Shown one piece after another: positions 47,849 to 57,798 of a DNA stretch of 64,000 nucleotides. The position numbers were made by a program, and so were the translations under genes. The notes beneath the pieces were generated by a model. It ran no database searches, was not told the origin of the DNA, and saw only the letters and a list, made by a program, of their open reading frames with translations. Where the stretch lies: the NCBI GenBank assembly GCA_034669905.1, contig JAXMOL010000004.1, forward strand, positions 141,277 through 205,276, given 5' to 3'. Numbering within the stretch: position 1 is the first letter of the stretch; each line of letters starts with the position of its first letter. This DNA comes from Candidatus Hydrogenedentota bacterium (GTDB taxonomy: Bacteria > Hydrogenedentota > Hydrogenedentia > Hydrogenedentales > JAEUWI01).

Positions 47849-49756
47849 TCAGTTCACCACCTGGGGGACTTGCTGCTGCAGGAAGGCCAGCGCGCGACGA
47901 AACAGTCCGTCGGCGTCGAGGTCATGGGCCGCCAACTGCTCGGCGCGGGTTGCTTGCGCACTGAAGACATCGGGAATACCGACACGATGGATACGCAACT
48001 CGTACAAGCGCCCGGCCCCTTCCACATATTCCATGACGGCGGCACCAAAGCCACCATCCAACGTATTTTCTTCCACGGTGATCAACGGCCGATCCAGAAG
48101 GTCATCCACCATCGCGGTGTCCAGGGGCTTTATATGGCGGGCATCCACCACCCCCACGGAAAGTCCAGCCTCCGCCAGTTTATCCGAAGCATCCAGACAG
48201 GACTGGGCGCAGGGGCCGACCACCAGGAAATTGGCATCCGTGCCCTCGCGCAACACTTCGCCGCGGGCAATATCCCGCCCTTCGGCAGCGCCGATGGTGG
48301 GTGCCTTACCGCGCGCATAGCGAATCGCCACGGGCCCATCCTGTTGGAGGGCCCACAACAGCATCTGGTGCGTGTCCACATCATCGCGGGGGGCCACTAC
48401 CTGCAGGTCAGGCACACAACGGAGGAAAGAGATATCAAAGGTACCATTCTGCGTGGGACTGTCTTCGCCCACGAGACCGGAGCGGTCAATAGCAAAGACA
48501 ACGGGCAGTTTCTGGATACACACATCGTGGATCAACTGGTCATAGCCCCGCTGAAGAAAGGTCGAGTAAATTGCAGCAACCGGGCGTAGTCCCTTGGCAG
48601 CCATGCCAGCAGCCATGGTCACGGCGTGCTGTTCACAAATACCCACGTCGTAGAATCGATCGGGGTATTGCTCTTCGAAGGTGTTGAGCCCCGTACCCGT
48701 GGGCATGGCGGCCGTAATTCCAACCACGCGCTCATCGGCAGCACCGGCTTCCAACATACCCGCCACGAATGCATCGGTAAAAGTGGTTGTAGGAGTCGAC
48801 TTCGCCTCCGATTCGGCCGGTAACGCGTCGCCTTCCTTCTCAGAGGGGCGCACCGCACGGGGAGAAACGCCGTGATACTTGAGCGGATCTTCTTCCGCCT
48901 GCTTGAGTCCTTTGCCCTTTTCGGTGCGGCAATGGAGCAGGATGGGGCCATGCATCTTCCGGATACTAGACAAGCACTCGATGAGCAGGGGGAGATCGTG
49001 GCCATCAACCGGGCCAATATAATTGATACCCAACTCCTGAAAAAGTGCGCCTTTGGTAATATAATTCTTAACCGACTTCTCGATATCCTGAATGGCCCGG
49101 GTCATGCGGTTGCCAATAATCTTCTTCACGAAGCTGCCGGCATCTTCCTTGGCACGCTTGTAGGGCTCCGCCACGATGAGGCGGTTGAAGTATTTGTTCA
49201 GGGCGCTGGCGTTGGGGGAAATCGACATCTCGTTGTCATTCAGAATGACCAGCATGTCCAGGCCCAGGTGCCCGGCATGACTCAGTCCCTCGAGGGCCAT
49301 GCCACCGGTAATGGCCCCATCGCCAATCAGCGCGACAACCCCATAGTCTTCCTTCAATTGGTCCCGGGCTACGGCCATGCCCACCGCCGCCGATATGGAC
49401 GTGGAGGAGTGGCCGGTACCGAAGCAGTCGTATTCACTCTCGGAAATCTTCGGATAGCCACTGATTCCATCCTTTTTCCGGATGGTGTCAAAGACATCTC
49501 GACGACCGGTCAACAGTTTGTGGGGGTAGCACTGGTGGCCCACATCCCAAATCAACTGATCCCGTCCGATGTCATAAACATAGTGGAGGGCCAGGGTCAA
49601 TTCAACGACCCCGAGCGGGGCGGAGAGGTGTCCACCGTTGTGATTCACCACATCTATAACGCGCTCGCGCATTTCGGTGGCCAACTCGGCCAACTCGTTG
49701 TGGGACAGAGACTTAATATCGTCGGGGGACTGTATGGAATCCAGAAAGGTCATCAT
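47849..49756 (-). CDS. dxs: 1-deoxy-D-xylulose-5-phosphate synthase
   Basis: GGHLSAPLGVVELT, WDVGHQCY, GHSSTSIS, GDGA...NDN, DVGICEQH, YSTFLQRGYDQ. Confidence 0.97.
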   Translation of the reverse strand: MMTFLDSIQSPDDIKSLSHNELAELATEMRERVIDVVNHNGGHLSAPLGVVELTLALHYVYDIGRDQLIWDVGHQCYPHKLLTGRRDVFDTIRKKDGISGYPKISESEYDCFGTGHSSTSISAAVGMAVARDQLKEDYGVVALIGDGAITGGMALEGLSHAGHLGLDMLVILNDNEMSISPNASALNKYFNRLIVAEPYKRAKEDAGSFVKKIIGNRMTRAIQDIEKSVKNYITKGALFQELGINYIGPVDGHDLPLLIECLSSIRKMHGPILLHCRTEKGKGLKQAEEDPLKYHGVSPRAVRPSEKEGDALPAESEAKSTPTTTFTDAFVAGMLEAGAADERVVGITAAMPTGTGLNTFEEQYPDRFYDVGICEQHAVTMAAGMAAKGLRPVAAIYSTFLQRGYDQLIHDVCIQKLPVVFAIDRSGLVGEDSPTQNGTFDISFLRCVPDLQVVAPRDDVDTHQMLLWALQQDGPVAIRYARGKAPTIGAAEGRDIARGEVLREGTDANFLVVGPCAQSCLDASDKLAEAGLSVGVVDARHIKPLDTAMVDDLLDRPLITVEENTLDGGFGAAVMEYVEGAGRLYELRIHRVGIPDVFSAQATRAEQLAAHDLDADGLFRRALAFLQQQVPQVVN

Positions 49757-49990
49757 CTAATCGCTATGTTCCGGGTGCGGCTCAACTCACTACCTACTTT
49801 ATACCGCAAAGCACCGAAAAGTTTCGACGAAGGGGAAAGTGCCCGACGGGTCCGCCGGGAAGCCACCACGAACGTATAAGAATCGCAGTCCCTTACGTTG
49901 CCCGAGAGGCGCCAGAAAGACACTTCTGCCCATACGGTATTGTCGAAAAGTATAGCATACCTCGCCCTCCCGGCTCCACGACGGAGCCGC

Positions 49991-51520
49991 TCAGACGGGA
50001 AGGGGGAGGCGTTCCTTAACGAGTACACCCGCTGCATCCCGTGGCAGGGCGGCCACCACTTCAAAACTTCGGGGACACTTATAGCCCGCCAGATTGGCCC
50101 GACAATAGCGTTTCAGCACTTTATCCAGGTCCGTCGGCTCCCCTACAACCTCAATGAAAGCAAGGACTTCCTCACCCCGGACAGGGTCAGGCACCCCCAC
50201 CACGGCGGCAGCCTTTACGGCGGGATGTTCTTCCAGAACCAACTCGATTTCACGGGGATAAACGTTGAGTCCGGCCCGTATCAGCATATCCTTCTTCAGC
50301 CCCGTGAGATAGATATAGCCATCGGCATCCAGGTAGCCCCAATCTCCCGTGTGGAACCAGCCATTCTGAAGGGCAGCCGCATTGTGTTCGGGCTGCTTCC
50401 AATACCCCTTCATTATATTGTGGCCCCGAATTACGATTTCGCCCACCTCACCCGGCGGCAGGGTCTCGCCCTGTGCATCGACAGCCCGCACTTCACACCC
50501 CCACAGGGGCAGCCCCGCCGAGCCGATCCGGTTATCTGACTCGCTCATGTTGAAGGAAACGGCTGGACTCGTTTCGGTAAGGCCATAGCCTTCAAGAATG
50601 GTAACGCCAAAGCGCGCCTTAAACCCTTGCAGCAAGGGGAGGAGCATAGGTGCGCCCCCGACCAGGGCCCGTTTTACCGACGTCATATCTATTTCCCGGT
50701 CTGACTTTGTCGCCAGCAGAAAATGATACATCGTCGGGACCAAACCGAGCGTGGTGATACGCTCTTCGAGAATAATATCGAGCACCTTCCCGGCCTCAAA
50801 GCGCGCCATGAGCACCACGCAGGCGCCAGAAAGCAGAGATGCATTCATCATGACGCATTGGCCAAAGGAGTGAAAGAGAGGCAGCACGCAAAGACTGCGA
50901 TCTTCGGGCTCAAAGTGGAGCGACAAGGCTCCAACCGTGTGGGCGTTTTGAAAGACGTTGAAGTGGGTCAGCTGGGCCCCGAGGGGTTTTCCGGCATAGG
51001 CGGCGGTGTAGATCATCACTGCGACGTCATCGGGTCGGGTTTCCGCCATGGTGGGCAGCTCGGTGGGCCGGGCCATCTCCTGGAGAAAGGAGTCCCCGTG
51101 TTCCGGGACCTCCGGTTTCATCCCGGCTTCCACGAGCACCCGACGGGGTGCAACCGTGGCCGTGGCCAGCGCGGCATCCACGGTATCGGCGAGTTCGGCC
51201 CACACGAACAGCATGGCAGGTGCGGCATCTTCGAAGAGGTACCGTAATTCGCGGGACGTTTGCATCAGGTTCAAGGGGACCGCAACGGCCCCGGCGTACA
51301 GGACCCCGTAGTAAATAATGGGGAAGTGGGGGGTATTCGGCAGTAAGAGGACTACCCGATCCCCGGGCTTTACCCCGCTGCGTTGCAGATAGGCGGCCAC
51401 CCGACGGGCCTGCTCCAGCAATTCGCCGAAGGAGATGCGCAGCGTTTCAAATACAATGGCTTCCCCATCGGGGTTTCGGCGGGCGGACAGGGTAATACAT
51501 TCAGCAGCATTCAAGGCCAT
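49991..51520 (-). CDS. long-chain acyl-CoA ligase (AMP-binding enzyme)
   Basis: LPLFHSFG, EGYGLTETSP, GWFHTGD, NVYPREIE; P-loop variant YTAAYAGKPLG and no obvious terminal catalytic-Lys motif. Confidence 0.85.
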   Translation of the reverse strand: MALNAAECITLSARRNPDGEAIVFETLRISFGELLEQARRVAAYLQRSGVKPGDRVVLLLPNTPHFPIIYYGVLYAGAVAVPLNLMQTSRELRYLFEDAAPAMLFVWAELADTVDAALATATVAPRRVLVEAGMKPEVPEHGDSFLQEMARPTELPTMAETRPDDVAVMIYTAAYAGKPLGAQLTHFNVFQNAHTVGALSLHFEPEDRSLCVLPLFHSFGQCVMMNASLLSGACVVLMARFEAGKVLDIILEERITTLGLVPTMYHFLLATKSDREIDMTSVKRALVGGAPMLLPLLQGFKARFGVTILEGYGLTETSPAVSFNMSESDNRIGSAGLPLWGCEVRAVDAQGETLPPGEVGEIVIRGHNIMKGYWKQPEHNAAALQNGWFHTGDWGYLDADGYIYLTGLKKDMLIRAGLNVYPREIELVLEEHPAVKAAAVVGVPDPVRGEEVLAFIEVVGEPTDLDKVLKRYCRANLAGYKCPRSFEVVAALPRDAAGVLVKERLPLPV

Positions 51521-51743
51521 CGTAAATTCGGATTCCATTGGTCAAAGCGGGAGGGAGGGCGCAGCAGACCGGCAAACCGGGCGCCCTGAACTGGGGGAAA
51601 GGCCCGAGTATAGCAATCCCCTCTGGCAATTGCATCCCGATGGTGAACCCATTCCTATCGTAGGGATGCTTCTGTTAAAATGGCGCTCTTTCTGCCGGGG
51701 GAGAGCCCCTTTCGAAAGTACCAATGCGGGAGTACCAACATCG

Positions 51744-53141
51744 ATGACTGAACTGGGACAACGAGAAAGCTGGGAGGAAATCCGTCTGCTCCTCGAGGCC
51801 CAGGATGTATCCGCACTGACTCAATTCCTCGACAGCCTGACACCCGCGGAGGTTGCCCGGGCCTTCACCCGGCTGGATGAGTCCGAGCGCCACGACGTAT
51901 TGGTCCTGCTTGAGCCGGAAGAAGCGGCAGATTTGATCGAAGAGCTGTCCGACGCCCAGGGTTCCGACCTCGTGGAGGAGCTGGCAGCGGACGAGGCGGC
52001 GGCCATCGTCGATGAGATGGAAAGCCATCACCGGGCAGATATCCTCGGAGAAATGGACGAGGATGATGCGGAAGCCATTCTGCGGCGCATGGACCCGGAA
52101 GAGGCCGAAGACGCCCGCAAGCTGCTGGAACATGGCGAGGAAACAGCCGGGGGCATCATGGCGACGGAATTCGTCAGCTATCCCCAGGACACCTCCGTGG
52201 GCGAAGTAATCCGTGATTTGCGCGATAATGCCGAGCGCTACAGTGATTTCGGGGTGCAGTATGCCTATGTCAACAGCGAGCGTGGCACCCTGGTCGGGGT
52301 GGTGCGACTCCGTGACCTAATCCTGGCTCCGGCGCGGATGCCCCTCCAATCGCTCATGATTGTCAATCCCCTCTACGTGCTGGCGGATACCTCGCTGGAA
52401 GATCTGGAGCAGTTCTTCGACCGCTACCCCTTCTACAGCGTGCCGGTGACCGATGAGGCCCAACAGATGTTGGGCGTGGTGCGACGGGCGGAAGCCGAGG
52501 AAGCGCTGAGCGAGAACATTGAAAAAAGCTTCATGCGTTTCGGCGGTATTATCGGTGGTGAAGAACTCCGCAGCATGCCGACCCGAGAACGGGTTACCCG
52601 GCGCATGGTCTGGCTGGGCATCAATTTACCGCTGAGCATGCTGGCCGCCGCCGTAATCCCCATTTTTGAAGAGACTATCGTCGATTTTCCCGTACTCCTC
52701 TTCTTCATCCCGATCATCGGTAACCTCTGTGGCTGTAGCGGGAATCAGGCGGTGGCCGTGAGTATTCGGGAGTTAACCCTGGGACTCATCAATCCGAGCG
52801 ATATGCTGCGGGTGCTTCGAAAAGAGTTGCAGGTCGGCTTCATCAACGGCTTCATGCTGGGCAGCGTGGTGATCATCGTTGCCTTCGCACTGGACCGGAT
52901 ACAAGGGTATCAGGTGCCCTACCTCGCCCTCTTCATCGGCCTCGCATTCTTTATGAATACCATGGTGGCCGTCTGCCTCGGCGGGGTTATTCCCTTGATC
53001 CTGAAACGCTTTAAGGCCGATCCCGCACTCGGGGCACCGCCCATTCAAACCACCTTGACGGACATGGTGGGGCTCTTCATCATGTTCGCCCTGGCCGCTA
53101 TCGCCATGCAGTTGGGACTCCTTGAGGCCCCGCCCTCATGA
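51744..53141 (+). CDS. mgtE: magnesium transporter MgtE
   Basis: Acidic N-domain, ETAGGIM CBS pair, five TM helices, DPA...P..TTLTD. Confidence 0.93.
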   Translation: MTELGQRESWEEIRLLLEAQDVSALTQFLDSLTPAEVARAFTRLDESERHDVLVLLEPEEAADLIEELSDAQGSDLVEELAADEAAAIVDEMESHHRADILGEMDEDDAEAILRRMDPEEAEDARKLLEHGEETAGGIMATEFVSYPQDTSVGEVIRDLRDNAERYSDFGVQYAYVNSERGTLVGVVRLRDLILAPARMPLQSLMIVNPLYVLADTSLEDLEQFFDRYPFYSVPVTDEAQQMLGVVRRAEAEEALSENIEKSFMRFGGIIGGEELRSMPTRERVTRRMVWLGINLPLSMLAAAVIPIFEETIVDFPVLLFFIPIIGNLCGCSGNQAVAVSIRELTLGLINPSDMLRVLRKELQVGFINGFMLGSVVIIVAFALDRIQGYQVPYLALFIGLAFFMNTMVAVCLGGVIPLILKRFKADPALGAPPIQTTLTDMVGLFIMFALAAIAMQLGLLEAPPS

Positions 53142-54019
53142 GTGACGCCATTGCTCCCGAAACGCCGCGACAGGATGTACTGTTGGAAAACGTCCCGCCG
53201 CAGGCACAGTGGGCGGCAATCGTTCGCTTGTATTCCGGCCAGCCGACTGGCCTGTGGGTGGTGATCGTGCCCCATCCGGCACACCCGGTCATGGCGGCTG
53301 GAGAAGAGCTGCGCGTGGCCCGAATCGTACCGGACATGTCCGATGATGCCCGCCGGGCCATCGCCCAGGCACTCCGTGCTTGCGAAGTGGACGTACTCCT
53401 CGTCACACCCGAGCGATTCGCGCAAGAAAAGTTTCTCGCTTTCCTCCGTGACTTGGCGCCGCAGCGCATGGTCGTAGCTAGCGCGGAAGGCTGTGTCGCT
53501 GCTTCTCCGGAAATACGCGCCCGGCTGTCGCCCCTGGCCGTGCTCCGCGACGGCTGGCAAGGGACACCCCGGATAATCCTTGCCGAAAACGGTGGGGATG
53601 TCCGCAAGCTAACTGCCTTCTTCAACCTGAATGGGCTGCCTCCGAAGCTGGCCTCGCCGCCCCCAAAAATCGCGCATGCGGACCCTGTTTCGGACGTGCT
53701 TCCCAACCCTGCGTGGCAGCAGGCGTTTCAGCATTTCGAAGCGGGAATGTCACTCACCGACGTGGCTGAGGCATTGCAGCAGGACGAATCGTGGTGCATG
53801 GATGCCCTCATAGGCTTCATCCGGCACGAAAAACGCACCAATCCCTTTCCCTGGGTTTCCCAGCCCGACTACCTCGTTGTCGCGATGGCGGCGGGACAGG
53901 CGGAATCCACCGACCCGGCGATACTACTTCCCATCGTTTCTGACCGCGTCGCACCGGGCCCCGCCCGAATCGCCCTGGCCGCACTACGCAACCGGTCCCT
54001 TAACCGGCCCCGCCCATGA
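53138..54019 (+). CDS. degenerate RecQ-like protein (partial RecA-like fold plus C-terminal HTH)
   Basis: VDVLLVTPERF resembles RecQ motif Ib; C-terminal FEAGMSLTDVAEAL resembles the RecQ C-terminal HTH; no Walker A or DEAH. Confidence 0.55.
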   Translation: MSDAIAPETPRQDVLLENVPPQAQWAAIVRLYSGQPTGLWVVIVPHPAHPVMAAGEELRVARIVPDMSDDARRAIAQALRACEVDVLLVTPERFAQEKFLAFLRDLAPQRMVVASAEGCVAASPEIRARLSPLAVLRDGWQGTPRIILAENGGDVRKLTAFFNLNGLPPKLASPPPKIAHADPVSDVLPNPAWQQAFQHFEAGMSLTDVAEALQQDESWCMDALIGFIRHEKRTNPFPWVSQPDYLVVAMAAGQAESTDPAILLPIVSDRVAPGPARIALAALRNRSLNRPRP

Positions 54020-55314
54020 CAAGCGACCCCGTCCTGATTTCCCGCACGGTATCGGCATGTCGGCGACGGCTGCAACAGCCGGGCACGTGGTCAGTTGCGG
54101 GCGTGGGATTCATTGTGCTGGCCGGAGTGAGTTACCGACTGGGGCAGGGACGCCTTTCGGGCTTCTACTATCAGTGTGTACTACTGAGCCTTTGGCTATC
54201 CCTGGGGGCGGTGCTTTGCGCGACGATCTTCGCCGGACTGCGTGCTCAAGAATCCCACCTCACCTCTGTTGCCGCCCGGGCCAGGGGGCCGCTCGTTTTC
54301 GTGCTGATTTTTCTGGGGCTCTATGGCATCGCCCAGGGGATATTCTGGTATCTGAACACGGAAAGAGCAGGACGTATCACCCGGGAAGGCACCCACAGCA
54401 CCGGAGAGAGCTATGCCTTTGACCGGGTGCTGGGCTACGGCCCCAAACCCAATGCACATGGCGATGCACGCCTCTCCATAGGGGGGGAAGTCGTATTTGA
54501 GTACCGCTACACGACGGATGAACAACGGCGGCGAATCGTGCCCGCCAGTCCGGCCTCGGCGGGTCCCTACGCCCGAGCCCTGCTCCTCTTCGGCGGCTCC
54601 TATGCCTTTGGGGAAGGGGTGAACGATGACGAGACGCTGGCCCATGAATTGGCCCAACGCCTGCCCAACACCCGTGTCTACAACTACGCCTTCAGTGGCT
54701 ATGGCCCGGGACAGCTATTGGCCCGGCTGGAATCCTACGACCTGCGCGCAGAGGTGGCAGAGCCAGAAGTGGCGGCCCTTTACGTGTTCATCCCCAATCA
54801 TGTCCGGCGGGTCAATGGCTCCTACTCCGTGATCAATTGGTCCCGCCACTCGCCCTATTACCAGCTCACGCCCCAGGGTGGGGTGAAGCGTCTGGGCTCC
54901 TTTCAGGGGGAACGTCCCATCCTGACGGGCTGGTATGACTTCCTCCACGGGGACCAACTGTTCCAGTACTTTCAACTGGATTTTCCCCCTGTGCTCAGGG
55001 ATTCACACGTTCGTTTAGCCACGGCTATCATGGCGGCGTCCAGCACAAAATTCCAGGAAACCTTCCAATCCGAAGCCTTTCATGTAGTCCTTTATCCCCA
55101 CCGTCCGCAGGACGAATTCAACAGCCGGCGTCTGCTACCGGGTCTGAAAGCCGCAGGTATCTCCGTCGTCGACCTGACCGACCTCTTTCCACCCGACCTG
55201 AGCGATCTGGACTATGGGCCCCATGACCCCCATCCGACGGCCAAGGCCCATGCCTTATTGGCCGAAGCACTGGCGCAGAAGTCCCTTTTTGATGCGTCTC
55301 CAGCCAATCCTTAA
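54016..55314 (+). CDS. membrane-anchored SGNH/GDSL-like hydrolase
   Basis: N-terminal TM helices, FGGSYAFGEGV block I, SGYGPGQ block II, DPHP block V. Confidence 0.75.
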   Translation: MTSDPVLISRTVSACRRRLQQPGTWSVAGVGFIVLAGVSYRLGQGRLSGFYYQCVLLSLWLSLGAVLCATIFAGLRAQESHLTSVAARARGPLVFVLIFLGLYGIAQGIFWYLNTERAGRITREGTHSTGESYAFDRVLGYGPKPNAHGDARLSIGGEVVFEYRYTTDEQRRRIVPASPASAGPYARALLLFGGSYAFGEGVNDDETLAHELAQRLPNTRVYNYAFSGYGPGQLLARLESYDLRAEVAEPEVAALYVFIPNHVRRVNGSYSVINWSRHSPYYQLTPQGGVKRLGSFQGERPILTGWYDFLHGDQLFQYFQLDFPPVLRDSHVRLATAIMAASSTKFQETFQSEAFHVVLYPHRPQDEFNSRRLLPGLKAAGISVVDLTDLFPPDLSDLDYGPHDPHPTAKAHALLAEALAQKSLFDASPANP

Positions 55315-55326
55315 TTACCGGTCGTC

Positions 55327-55356
55327 TTGACTTCAAAGCCTACTGATTGGTAGAGT
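55327..55356 (+). promoter_or_regulatory. sigma70-type promoter of the trp operon
   Basis: TTGACT-18 nt-TAGAGT with TG extension. Confidence 0.45.
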
Positions 55357-55405
55357 CACTCTCCTTTATGCAAGCAGGAAGTGGGGAAACAACAGGAGCA
55401 TTTTC

Positions 55406-56419
55406 ATGATTCAAGAAACCCTTGCGCGCGTCGTTCGTGGTGAACATCTGAGTCGTGAAGAAGCGGCTGAGACCATGCGCACCCTCATGACAGGGGAAGC
55501 CACCCCCAGTCAAATTGGAGCGCTTCTGACCGCCTTCTCCATGAAAGGCGAGACGGTCGAGGAAATTACGGGCTTCGCCGAGACCATGCGCGCCATGTCG
55601 ACCAAGATACCCACCACGGTTCCGGGCACGGTCGACACCTGCGGCACCGGTGGCGACAAGTCGGGCACGTTCAACATTTCCACCACGGCGGCCTTTGTGG
55701 TGGCCGGAGCCGGCGTGCCCGTTGCAAAACACGGCAATCGCAGTGCCTCCAGCCTGTGTGGGAGCGCTGATGTCCTGGAAGCCCTCGGGGTCAATCTCGA
55801 TCTCTCTCCCGAACGGGTGGGACAGTGCGTGGATGAAATCGGTATCGGCTTTCTCTTCGCACGGAACCTGCACAGTGCCATGAAGCATGTGGGACCGACC
55901 CGCGCCGAATTGCGTCTTCGCACCGTCTTCAATATTCTCGGTCCCCTGACCAATCCAGCAGGCGCGGCCAGTCAGGTGATGGGCGTCTTCGACAAAGAAT
56001 TGATTGCGCCCCTGGCTGAAGTACTCCTCAGTCTGGGCAGCCGCCACGTATTTATCGTGGCCGGTTCCGACGGGCTCGACGAGCTCACCCTCACCGGGCC
56101 AAGCCATGTGGCGGAAGGCAAGGACGGGAAAGTCAGCACCTACGATGTAACCCCCGAAGAGTTCGGGTTTTCCCGGGCTTCCGTCGAGGACCTGAAAGGG
56201 GGCGACGCGAAGGTAAACGCGGACATTCTGACCCGGATTCTCTCCGGTGAACCGGGCCCGGCCCGTGACATCGTGGTCTTTAATGCCGCGCCAGCCCTGG
56301 TCGCCAGTGGGGCGGCCACCGATATTGCCGCGGGTATCGCACAGGCACAGGCCGCCATTGACTCCGGCGCGGCCTTAGACAAGTTAAAACAATTGATTCA
56401 GAGCTCCCATGATTCTTGA
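55406..56419 (+). CDS. trpD: anthranilate phosphoribosyltransferase
   Basis: DTCGTGGD, FNIST, KHGNRSASS, GSADVLEALG, GLDE. Confidence 0.97.
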   Translation: MIQETLARVVRGEHLSREEAAETMRTLMTGEATPSQIGALLTAFSMKGETVEEITGFAETMRAMSTKIPTTVPGTVDTCGTGGDKSGTFNISTTAAFVVAGAGVPVAKHGNRSASSLCGSADVLEALGVNLDLSPERVGQCVDEIGIGFLFARNLHSAMKHVGPTRAELRLRTVFNILGPLTNPAGAASQVMGVFDKELIAPLAEVLLSLGSRHVFIVAGSDGLDELTLTGPSHVAEGKDGKVSTYDVTPEEFGFSRASVEDLKGGDAKVNADILTRILSGEPGPARDIVVFNAAPALVASGAATDIAAGIAQAQAAIDSGAALDKLKQLIQSSHDS

Positions 56420-57191
56420 TCCCATCTTAGAAAACAAGCACCTCGAAGTTGCCGCCTCAAAGACACGCGTTACGGTTCGCGATCTCGAGGAGAAAATCGC
56501 ACTCATTCGTAAGCCCCGGGATTTCCGCGCGGTGTTGCGTGAAGATGGCATCAGCCTCATCACCGAAATTAAGCGTGCTTCTCCTTCGAAGGGGGAGATT
56601 CTCCCGAATGTGGACGCCGTGGAAATTGCGGCGCTCTATGAGCAGACCGGGGCCCGGGCACTCTCGATCCTTACGGATGAGAAGTACTTCAGTGGCAAGC
56701 TGGAAGACCTCACCAATGTCCACCGCCATGTCAACATTCCCTGCCTGCGCAAGGAGTTCATCGTCGATGAGTACCAGATCTACGAAGCCCGCGCCGCTTC
56801 GGCGGACGCTATCCTGCTCATCGTGCGCTGTCTTTCCGACGAGCAATTAAAGGATTACTATCAGCTGGCCCGCAAACTGGAGATGGAGGTGTTGGTGGAA
56901 ACCCACACCGCCGAAGAGATTGAACGGGCCCTGAAGGCCGGTGCGCATATCATCGGTATTAATAACCGCGACCTCGACACCCTCGAGGTCGATGTAAACC
57001 GAAGCCTGGAACTCAAGAAGCTGGTGCCGGGCGGCAATGTGCTGGTCAGTGAAAGCGGTATCTACACGCGGGAGCAGGTGGAGAAACTCGAGGATGGTGG
57101 TGTAGATGCGATTCTTGTCGGTGAATCCCTCTTGACCAGCAACGACATCCGCGGAAAGATGCGGGAATTGCTTGGCCATGACCAAAGTTAA
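56409..57191 (+). CDS. trpC: indole-3-glycerol phosphate synthase
   Basis: EIKRASPSKG, LRKEFI, IGINNRDL, SESGI, LVGESL. Confidence 0.97.
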   Translation: MILDPILENKHLEVAASKTRVTVRDLEEKIALIRKPRDFRAVLREDGISLITEIKRASPSKGEILPNVDAVEIAALYEQTGARALSILTDEKYFSGKLEDLTNVHRHVNIPCLRKEFIVDEYQIYEARAASADAILLIVRCLSDEQLKDYYQLARKLEMEVLVETHTAEEIERALKAGAHIIGINNRDLDTLEVDVNRSLELKKLVPGGNVLVSESGIYTREQVEKLEDGGVDAILVGESLLTSNDIRGKMRELLGHDQS

Positions 57192-57798
57192 GATCTGCGG
57201 CATTACGAATCTCGAAGATGCCCTCGCTGCCTGTGAAGCCGGTGCCGACGCCCTGGGATTCGTCTTGGCGCCCGAAGCGAAGAAACGCAATCGTTACATT
57301 GCCCCCACTGCGGCGAAAGCCATCATTGCCCAGCTTCCACCCTTTATAACCACCGTTGCGGTGACGGTCAATGAGTCCATGATGGATTTGGCCGGCCACC
57401 TCACCTGTTTTGACTGCGTGCAACTGCACGGCGAAGAACCACCGGAGGCCTGCCCACCGGCCCACGTCACCATCAAAGCCTTTCGGCCGGGGCCCGGTTT
57501 TGGCCTCAGCGATATGGAACGCTACGATGTCCGCGCCTTCCTTTTGGATGCCTACTCCACCACCGAGCGGGGGGGCACCGGCGAAGCGGGGGACTGGGAA
57601 TTCGCCAAAATGGCGGTTGGCACGGGAAAACCCATCATACTGGCCGGCGGACTCACGCCCGATAATGTGGCCGAAGCCGTCGGTATGGTGCGGCCCTATG
57701 CCGTAGACACGTCGAGCGGGGTAGAATCTGCCCCGGGAAAGAAAGACCATGACAAAATTCGCGCCTTCATCCACCACGCAAAAGCATCTCTGGCCTGA
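57178..57798 (+). CDS. trpF: phosphoribosylanthranilate isomerase
   Basis: [35 protein letters not shown]. Confidence 0.96.
   Translation: MTKVKICGITNLEDALAACEAGADALGFVLAPEAKKRNRYIAPTAAKAIIAQLPPFITTVAVTVNESMMDLAGHLTCFDCVQLHGEEPPEACPPAHVTIKAFRPGPGFGLSDMERYDVRAFLLDAYSTTERGGTGEAGDWEFAKMAVGTGKPIILAGGLTPDNVAEAVGMVRPYAVDTSSGVESAPGKKDHDKIRAFIHHAKASLA

Noticed and set aside
51540..51743. Possible M-box or fluoride riboswitch upstream of mgtE
   Set aside because: Hairpins exist (GCATCCC/GGGATGC) but conserved cores are not recognisable, and a TGtTAAAAT -10 lies downstream of them, leaving a short leader
55368..55409. 13-codon ORF MQAGSGETTGAFS overlapping the trpD start as a leader peptide
   Set aside because: No Trp codons and no terminator/antiterminator
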